Source: Hormiphora californensis (lineage: Eukaryota; Animalia; Ctenophora). Taken from it: a stretch of 17,749 nt of DNA. Of this stretch, positions 10,360-17,749 are shown one piece after another. The stretch covers positions 1-17,749 of the forward strand of contig WFME01000027.1 of assembly GCA_020137815.1 (NCBI GenBank), given 5' to 3'. A program made the position numbers and the translations under genes. The notes below the pieces were generated by a model. The model made no database searches and was not told the DNA's origin. It saw only the letters and a program-made list of their open reading frames with translations. Position 1 is the first letter of the stretch. The number at the start of each line of letters is the position of its first letter.

Positions 10360-11012
10360 TTAAGTTGAATGGATTGGGAAGGGGGATGAGCTCCCTGTAA
10401 TCCCAGTCCATAACAGGAGGCAGTGGGTCCGCAAGGATCCGGGGGCACGATAAATCCTCATATAGCGCTGGAGAGATGGCTGAAGGCTCCCGTGTCTAAC
10501 CAATCATGAAGCAACATGATACTGTGGTACCTCCTAGTCGGCCATGTTGTCGGGCTACTTGGGACAGAGCACCCCCAAGCAAGTGGCACATGGTGGTACG
10601 TGGACGACAGTCCACACCTAGCTGATCTGTACCCAAAGGCTTTATATAGGACCTGAGAGTCGGTGATATGATTTAGGGGTACAGATGCAGTGAACAGGCA
10701 AGGCTCTTGAAAACGGTCAAAGATCATAGTTGTGAAAGCAAGTCCTCTATGGTTCAGACCGTCGGGGGAACCCAGGCATGCCAATCACATGTACTGGTAA
10801 TCCGTCGCTACAGACTGGGTCAAGAGCCGGTTGGGTCACATATGCTATAAAATCCTGCAAAGGTCGCGTGCTCAGCTCAATGTACAGTCGGGCCTATTTT
10901 AGCTAAAAGCGAATTCGTCAGTAGGACGTGACAGTTAGTAAGCGAGAATAGCCGTTGTGATCGAGGTGATTTAAAATTGACCCTCGGGAAGCAATGGGCA
11001 GACGATGTTATG
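10356..11012 (+). ncRNA. group I intron ribozyme, subgroup IB-like; core 10702-10890, outer boundaries tentative
   Basis: P3 GGCUCUUG 10702-09/CAAGAGCC 10821-28; J3/4 AAA; P4 ACGGUC 10713-18/GACCGU 10757-62; J4/5 AAA; P5 GAUCAUAG 10722-29/CUAUGGUU 10747-54; P6 CGG 10763-65/UCG 10805-07; J6/7 CUA; P7 C(A)GACUG 10811-17/CAGUCG 10885-90, with bulged A and the G-C guanosine site; P8 GGUUGGGU 10829-36/GCUCAGCU 10870-77; J8/7 CAAUGUA. GCUACAGACUGG and AAUGUACAGUCGG match the R and S motifs of IB introns as recalled. Confidence 0.9.
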
Positions 11013-11558
11013 CAGTCACAGAAGTCAAGTACCTCTAAAAAGCTTAGGGCTTGACTTCTGCTAAAGGTATTGTGAGAGACATCGGTCTCAAGAGCAGTCA
11101 ACAGAAGTCAAGTACCTCTAAAAAGAGATAAAAGCTTAGGGCTTGACTTCTGCTAAAGGTATTGTGAGAGACATCGGTCTCAAGAGCAGTCAACAGAAGT
11201 CAAGTACCTTAGAAGCTATATATTTGACTTCTGTTGACTGCTCTTGAACCGATGTCTCTCACAATACCTTTAGCAGAAGTCAAATATATAGCTTCTAAGG
11301 TACTTGACTTCTGTTGACTGCTCTTGAGACCGATGTCTCTCACAATACCTTTAGCAGAAGTCAAGCCCTAAGCTTTTATCTCTTTTTAGAGGTACTTGAC
11401 TTCTGTTGACTGCTCTTGAGACCGATGTCTCTCACAATACCTTTAGCAGAAGTCAAGCCCTAAGCTTTTTAGAGGTACTTGACTTCTGTTGACTGCTCTT
11501 GAGACCGATGTCTCTCACAATACCTTTAGCAGAAGTCAAGCCCTAAGCTTTTATCTCT
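11012..11558. repeat. hairpin-repeat array B: inverted block followed by four forward units
   Basis: Reverse units at 11051-11111 and 11143-11203, with a partial unit at 11012-11028. Forward units at 11224, 11304, 11396 and 11479. Linkers are 20, 31 and 22 bp. Confidence 0.95.
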
Positions 11559-11563
11559 ACTCT

Positions 11564-11862
11564 TCTCTACTCTACCCCCCAACCCAACTGAGGTCTCATC
11601 TCTGCGTAAAGTCTAACTGTGAACTCATGGCCGGAACCACCGCCACTACGGTTTGCCCTCCCCTCACAAGTGAGGTGTGTCGGACGTAGTGTCGGTGTTG
11701 AGTATGGCTAAAATGTATCTCCTTATGATATCTACCAACTTACTACGGTTTGCCCTCCCCTCACAAGTGAGGTGTGTCGGACGCAGTGTTGGGTGTGATA
11801 TTCCTAATGACCTCTGCTAGTGATCTCTACTCTACCCTACCCCAACCCCAACTGAGGTCTCA
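11564..11862. repeat. two pairs of direct repeats in the LTR near the putative TSS
   Basis: TCTCTACTCTACCC..CAACTGAGGTCTCA at ~11564 and ~11824. ACTACGGTTTGCCCTCCCCTCACAAGTGAGGTGTGTCGGACG at 11645 and 11742. Confidence 0.85.
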
Positions 11863-12219
11863 AATCAAAAACACCATCTTTTATACTCGATTCTTTATCA
11901 CGCATGATTCTCTCTTCCCTTAGTTATTCTAACAATCTCTAAATAACGCGTGAGACAAATCCTAAAACCTGATTGGTCGATTCATAACAATAACTTAATA
12001 CTGATTGGTCAATCTCTAAACAATAGATCTCTGCTAAGATTTAGTAAACAACGTTCACGTACGACACTATCTTCCCTTATATTTTATAACACTCTCACTC
12101 ACAAAACTGTTTCTACGATACATATTCTATTGTCTTCACTCAACTTAAATCATCCTATTGTCTCCACTTCCGGTTGGCATCGTTCCAACATTAGATCATC
12201 CTATTGTCTCCACTTCCGG
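11850..12219 (-). promoter_or_regulatory. putative LTR promoter (TATA, Inr, two CCAAT, two ETS-like sites); TSS near 11853
   Basis: On the minus strand: TATAAAAG 11885-11878, TCAGTT 11855-11850 about 32 nt downstream, CCAAT at 11976-72 and 12008-04, and CCGGAAGT at 12173-66 and 12219-12 within a 46-bp duplication. Confidence 0.7.
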
Positions 12220-12370
12220 TTGGCATCGTTCCATCTGGCACCGTTCCATTTGGCATCGTTCCATCTGGCTTTGTTCCAACTACCAATATCCCAGATAATA
12301 ACCAAGTAACTTGTATACACAAATTCCTAGTCCAGGTCTACACTAAGTTGGAAACGTGTAGAATACACGG

Positions 12371-12633
12371 AGCCAACATCACCCCCTTCTTTCAAGCAAC
12401 GAAATTCCTTTTCTGATCTTCAATTAAGGAGGATCCATGATAAATTCATGGCTCCGACATCACCCCTTTCTCTCAAGCAACGAAATTCCTTTTCTGATCT
12501 TTTTAGGAGGATCCATGATGACTTCATGGCTCCGACATCACCCCTTCTTCTCAGGCAACGAAATTTCTTTTTTGATTTTTAATTAAGGAGGATCCATGAT
12601 GAATTCATGGGTCCGACATCACCCCTTCTTCTC
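12371..12633 (-). repeat. tandem array of four polypurine tracts, each abutting a TGT LTR-start-like end
   Basis: ...ACA|TCACCCC..TTC junctions at 12378, 12459, 12537 and 12618 (periods 81, 78, 81). Confidence 0.85.
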
Positions 12634-12937
12634 AAACACTTATGTTGTCTTCCTGGTAGTTTCCTGTCGGGGACAGAGTCGACACTCTGTCTATCTGGAA
12701 GTTAATTGCTTCCATCGATTCACTAACGTTCCTCAAGTTGTCCAGTAACTTCTGTTTGTCTTCCTGTTTGCTGGTAACCACTACATCGTCAATTATACAG
12801 ATATCATGGATTATGTTCACAAGTGATGACGGTATGGTATATTGCCAGCTGCTTCGGCCCATTACGATTTGGGGAGCTGGTGCTATACCAGGCAATTCAT
12901 ATGTATCACTAGAACGCCCACTAAATCCTAAGATAGC
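12632..12937 (-). pseudogene. degenerate reverse transcriptase core fragment (Gypsy-like)
   Basis: Open frame ELPGIAPAPQI...DICIIDDVVVTSKQEDKQKLLDNLRNVSESMEAINFQI resembles Gypsy RT LPFGxxxAP...CYxDDILVTG..E...HLxNLxxV. YxDD reads IIDD (DD at 12790-12785). Confidence 0.5.
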
Positions 12938-14020
12938 TCATTCAGTTTCTCAATGTACTGGTTTATTTTGTTTACCACAGTGGTTCCCTCATCATTTTGG
13001 CTTGCTGGATATCCATCGCCTGGAGTATCTTTCTCCCCGAGTTCTCCATTGACAGTCTTTCTCCCGGAGGGTTGCTGTTTCCCTCTGGTTATTAATTCCG
13101 ATCAGCTCGCGATTCTATTCTTTGTAGCTGCCAAGTCGTCGCTCTGTTGGTTTTCCTCCTAGTTCTAGGTCTTCGTGCAGTTTTCTTCTCCCCGTGATTG
13201 GGGTTTCTTTATGGGAAATTGGTAATCCATTGAACCCGTTGTTGCAGTTCGCTATCAGTTGAGTCACTTTCGCAGTAGTTTCCTGTCGGGGACAGAGTAG
13301 ACATCATCCTCCTCTTTCAGAAATTTAAAATTGTCCTTTCCAACTTTCTCAACGCACTTCTGATATGTTTAAATAAAATTTCTTCAACCTCTACTCATAC
13401 TCTACTCTCTTATCAAACTAAATTTTATCCTACTCACTTCTTCGTTCTTTAAAATACCATACTTTTACTCATAATATTCTTCTATGCTACTTTATTCAAC
13501 TCACTCACACTCTGATCTTTCTAGACAGTCTATCTTTCGCGGATATATTAATCATTGAATTTCCATCGTATTCCACATCTATCTTTATTTTCGTTTCATC
13601 ACTACTCGTCGTTTGCAGTAACTCCCCCTTCATGATGTATTCATGAGTCGTCATTGCCTGTTTTCGCATTCTGTTCAAGTGTTCGGAATTTCAATCCGAT
13701 ATTTTGGCATGGTCGATTCATATTCGGCTCCCCTGTTGTCTTTTTAATGTTACTTTAGTGTATGATCTGTAACTTCTCTATCTGTGTGTAATTCAGGGTG
13801 TTTCACTGTCTTTGCTGTCCTCTTCTTTCTGTCTTCTGGGTACGTCAATTTCGTTTCCACTGTACGATCTGAGTTCTGTATTTATCTCATCGTTGTTTGT
13901 TTGTGTCTCTGCTTCGACCCAGCGGTCTATTTTAAATGTCTGTCGGGTCTTTCGATTCATATTGATTTTGTCTCCTCTGAATGTTCTGTATCCTCACTTA
14001 TCGTATTCCCTTATCGTATT

Positions 14021-14152
14021 ACCTTGTCACCATAACCTTGTCACTACTACCTTGCCATCATAACCTTGTCACTTCTACCTTGTCATTGTTAACTTGTCAT
14101 CATAACTTTGTCACTTCTACCTTGTCATCATAACCTTGTCACTTCTACCTTT
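14021..14152. repeat. 14/28-bp tandem repeat
   Basis: Alternating ACCTTGTCATCATA and ACCTTGTCACTTCT units. Confidence 0.88.
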
Positions 14153-14859
14153 TCATTGACTTTGTCTTTATTATCTGTCTCGTCTCGTTTCAACAACTCA
14201 CCACTCCACTTGATTAAATTTTATTTTTCCCAACAATTTCTTCAATGAAAATTTTCTAAGCCTTGCCTTTTTTAAATTATTTTGTAAAGTTTTATGTTAT
14301 TACAATTACAAATAATACTTATTTAATATCTTATTTACTACTTTTTCACTTACTCAGTTATTTATTCATTGACTTGCTCTATTATCTAATTCATCTCAAC
14401 TAATTTATTCATACTAATCAAACCTAACGTAACATAATCTAATCCAATTAACTTAACTCTCTCTCTCTAATCCAATTAACTCACTCTCTCTCTTTCTCTA
14501 ACGTCAATCACTCAACATTCGTTAACCTACCCTAACTGAACTTATCCCGTTTCTTACTTAACTCGTATAGTCATATCGCAAACTAACTCCATCACTACTG
14601 ATCTATAACACTCAACTCGACTCTATCTAACTTACTCTGGCTTAATTCAATCCAACTTGACTCGACCTAGCTCGTCCTTACTAATCCATCCTAACTTCGC
14701 TTTAACCAACTTAGTTTCCTATTTAAATTATAAGCTTAATTCTCCTAGTCTTTCCTAACTCGTCTTAACTCTGGATCATTCAACTAACCCTGCTTCAACT
14801 TCTCTCATCCTAAATCCATTCAACTAACTCAATTAACTTGACTCGATCTTACTCTTAGT

Positions 14860-15745
14860 TTAACTTAACTTAACTTAACTTAACTTATCTCAACTCATCT
14901 TAACTTAACTTAAATTATCTCAACTCATCTTAACATAACTCAACTCAACTCAACTTAACTTAACTTATCTCAACTCATCTTAACTCAACTTAACTTAACT
15001 TATCTCAACTCATCTTAACTTAACTTAACTTAACTTAACTTATATCAACTCATCTTAACTTAACTTAACTTATCTCAACTCATCTTAACTTAACTCAACT
15101 CAACTCAACTTAACTTAACTTATCTCAACTCATCTTAACTCAACTTAACTTAACTTAACTTTACTTAACTCGACATAACTTAACTCAACTTAACTCAACT
15201 TAACTCAACTTAACCTAACCTACCTAACTTAACTTAACTCAACTCAACTCAACTCAACTTAACTTAACTTAACTTAACTTAACTTAACTCAACTTAACCT
15301 AATCTAACTCAACTTAACTCAACTTAGCCTAACTTAACTTTACTTAACTCGACATAACTTAACTCAACTTAACTCAACTTACTCAACTTAACCTAACCTA
15401 ACCTACCTAACTTAACTTAACTTAACTCAACTCAACTCAACTCAACTCAACTTAACTCAACTTAACTTAACTTAACTCAACTTAACCTAATCTACCTAAC
15501 TTAACTTAACTCAACTTAACTTAATGAAAGTTTACTTACTTTCAACTTGACTCCACAGCTTAATCTAGCTCAACTTAACTTAACTTAACTCAACTCAACT
15601 CAACTTAACTTAACTTAACTTAACTCAACTTTACCTAATCTACCTAACTTAACTTAACTCAACTTAACTTAATGAAAGTTTACTTACTTTCAACTTTACT
15701 CCACAGCTTAATCTAGCTCAACTTAACTTAACCTAACTTAACTTA
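14860..15745. repeat. (AACTT/AACTC)n pentamer satellite with higher-order structure
   Basis: About 0.9 kb of pentamers with recurrent TATCTCAACTCATCT interruptions and larger block duplications. Confidence 0.96.
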
Positions 15746-16102
15746 CTTATTCAGCCTAATTTAACTATAATCTAATTTATCATGCCTCAACTTATGTATA
15801 CCTTTATTCATATTTTTTTTAAATGCTACATATATTATTGGACAATTAGGTTTGCCTACTAGTTACATGACGGGAAGCTAATCCACCTCCACTGGAGAGA
15901 ACTCTACGATAGGCTTTACATAGTCAGCTCGCAACAACAAAAGGAGATCCGCTCCCCCTCATGACTCATAAGCAGACCAATATCCTTAACTTAAACATAC
16001 CACGGGTCTAACAGTATTCTAACTAGTTTAACAAGTTATACCAACTAATACACTAACTTCTCTAAATTAGCACAATCTGCCCTAAATGTTTCCTAATTAT
16101 AT

Positions 16103-16245
16103 ATCCTCAATGTGTCCTCAATATGTCCTCAATTCGTCCGTAATGTGTCACTAATATATGGGCTTGACGTGTCTTCAATGTGTCCTCAGACTGCCCTTGA
16201 ATTGTCCATGATTTGTGTCCTCAACGTGTCTCCAATTTGTCTCTA
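16103..16245. repeat. degenerate 11-bp tandem repeat (TGTCCTCAATG-like)
   Basis: Recurrent TGTCCTCAA variants at about 11-bp spacing. Confidence 0.65.
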
Positions 16246-17749
16246 AAAGTTCCGTAGGCAGTATTTCATAGTCCGATTCTTTCGTAGACTTGGTATGGGG
16301 CATGTTAGATAGGAGGGTGCATTGGAAAATCAACTAAAACGACCGTTACCTAACTTAACTTTGTGTAAATCCAGCTTGATTAATAACTTCCTTCAATAAT
16401 CAATATAATCCTACACAGCTCATTTCTACATGCCTATCCAATTTCAAATTTTTCGCCTTTCAGTGGGTTTTTCTTCAAAAGCTTCTTCACTCTACAGTCT
16501 ACACCCCAACCTTAACTCCTATATTTCACACTCATTCTAAACTATTTTCTAACGTTTCTTTATTTTCCTTGATCAATCCCTAAAATAGACAGATTCTTCA
16601 ACTTGTACCTGCTTCCCTTGTTTTATCTTTTTGACTATTGCAAACTTAGTCTTAAACTCTTCCTTTTTCTGAATCTAATTAAATCTACACAGTACACTTT
16701 AACATGATATTCCAGAGTCAAAACTTTATTTCATATCCTACTACTAGATCCCGCTAGATCCCATAATTATTTCACTATTTCAAAGGTATCACGACATGAT
16801 ATTTACAGTATAAGCCCCTTCCGAAATTGCCCAAATGCTGATATTATCTTTTAGACTTCTTAACCAATGAAACCAGTGCTTAACACCTTACTTCAACTTC
16901 CCTAAACATTAACATCCTCAAATATCAACTTCCTTTAATATCAACGTCATTTAACTTTAACTTCCTCAGATTCTGTACGTCTTTGATTGTTATTTAATAA
17001 GCCAATTTAGCGCTTTTATGTATGCAAGAGAAATTCGCCAGAACTCCATCCTAAATAAGAGTGATCAATTCTCATCATGGCACATTCGTAATGATCAGTT
17101 ACTCCTGCGCAGAAGCCCCGGAAAATTATCGTCATAATTCAAACAACTCCAGCACAACTGTGACAGACTTTTATAGTACTATCAGTCAGTCACCTTTCAG
17201 ATCCAAATAAGACTTCAAATCCATCAAAGGCAGGCAACTCCTTATACGATTGATCAAAATCCTAATATAGATCCAAGAAAATTTTCAATGAATTCATTGT
17301 GCTCTCCTCATTTAATTAAATCCATTTCATAATTCGAACAATTAACTCATTTACCAGCCGGTGATCTTAGTGCTCTCGGGCGCCACTCGACCCCTTATCT
17401 CCTTATTTCTACATATATCCACTTTACGTATCTCAATTCACCTGTTTATTCCTCGAATCCCTTTCATATAATTATCAGCTTACAGCACCAATTTCCATCA
17501 GTTAATATGCAATTTTTTAGAGCTTGTTCACTGAACTGATACCCCTTCAATTGTCTACTTTTCTCTAAACTATGTCACCCTGTCATATCATTTATCTTCT
17601 CCTCCTACTATTATCACAACCCGTCAAAATTTTCGCCTTATATTTATAACTCTAGCAAATACTTCTCGATTGTCCATGTTACACTTTTAGTCTTCAACCT
17701 CCTGCTGAACTAAGCAGGTGCAGTTTGAGCCGACTACCGTTCCACAGAC

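Larger units (their letters stand above)
9936..12378 (-). repeat. 3' LTR (inner boundary 12378, or alternatively 12459, 12537 or 12618)
   Basis: TG...CA termini with a short inverted repeat (TGTCGGCGC versus GAGCCAACA or CCGACA), followed on the + strand by TCACCCC(C)TTCTT, which is a minus-strand PPT. Confidence 0.72.
9936..17749 (-). mobile_element. LTR retrotransposon (Gypsy-like, apparently non-autonomous or degenerate), 3' part, extending beyond the window
   Basis: Begins TGTCGG exactly at the break in transposon copy 2. Matching ...CA ends abut minus-strand PPTs. Also has a minus-strand core promoter, an RT-like remnant and a purine-rich minus strand. No long ORF in the >5 kb internal region; whether all of it belongs to the element is inferred. 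Confidence 0.78.

Noticed and set aside
10394-10406. CCTGTAATCCCAG, an Alu/7SL-like motif
   Set aside because: Only 13 nt match, with no other 7SL features.
10458-10784. 108-aa minus-strand ORF as a gene or homing endonuclease
   Set aside because: It is antisense to the ribozyme and has no LAGLIDADG, GIY-YIG, HNH or His-Cys motif that I can recognise.
10915-10921. Hammerhead core CUGACGA on the minus strand (retrozyme idea)
   Set aside because: No stem II plus GAAA follows; the region is better explained as the group I P9 domain on the + strand.
10950-10999. Group II intron domain V (AGC triad hairpin)
   Set aside because: Helix lengths, bulge and loop do not fit domain V, and a group I core lies directly upstream.
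10191-11558. CRISPR-like repeat-spacer array
   Set aside because: Repeats are 61 bp, the linkers are reused and related rather than unique, there are no cas genes, and the context is eukaryotic.
15200-15500. TTAGG-type telomeric repeat
   Set aside because: Only isolated TAACC variants occur within an AACTT/AACTC array.
16300-17749. Degenerate pol (integrase or RT) on the minus strand
   Set aside because: Composition is suggestive, but the frames I read are broken by stops and only weak fragments such as LRMCHDE appear; it needs a frameshift-aware profile search.

Overview
AT-rich eukaryotic, most likely metazoan, genomic DNA with GT-AG introns. The + strand carries eight in-frame exons (3507-9533, 316 codons) encoding the N-terminus and almost the whole CysPc protease core of a calpain-5/TRA-3-like calpain, with an intact Cys-His-Asn triad; no further exons were found in the window. 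Intron 3 holds a 2.75-kb non-autonomous TIR DNA transposon that contains two nested foldback elements. Intron 8 holds a second copy of that transposon, interrupted by a minus-strand, apparently non-autonomous LTR retroelement running off the window end. That element has a ~2.4-2.7-kb LTR, a TATA/Inr/CCAAT promoter, four tandem PPTs, a degenerate RT remnant and a pentamer satellite. The main result: the LTR contains a complete, fully base-paired group I intron catalytic core (P3-P8, IB-like, 10702-10890) on the + strand, with no homing endonuclease ORF. It lies between perfect inverted arrays of a 61-bp hairpin repeat. All structures were derived by eye; no database search or folding program was run.
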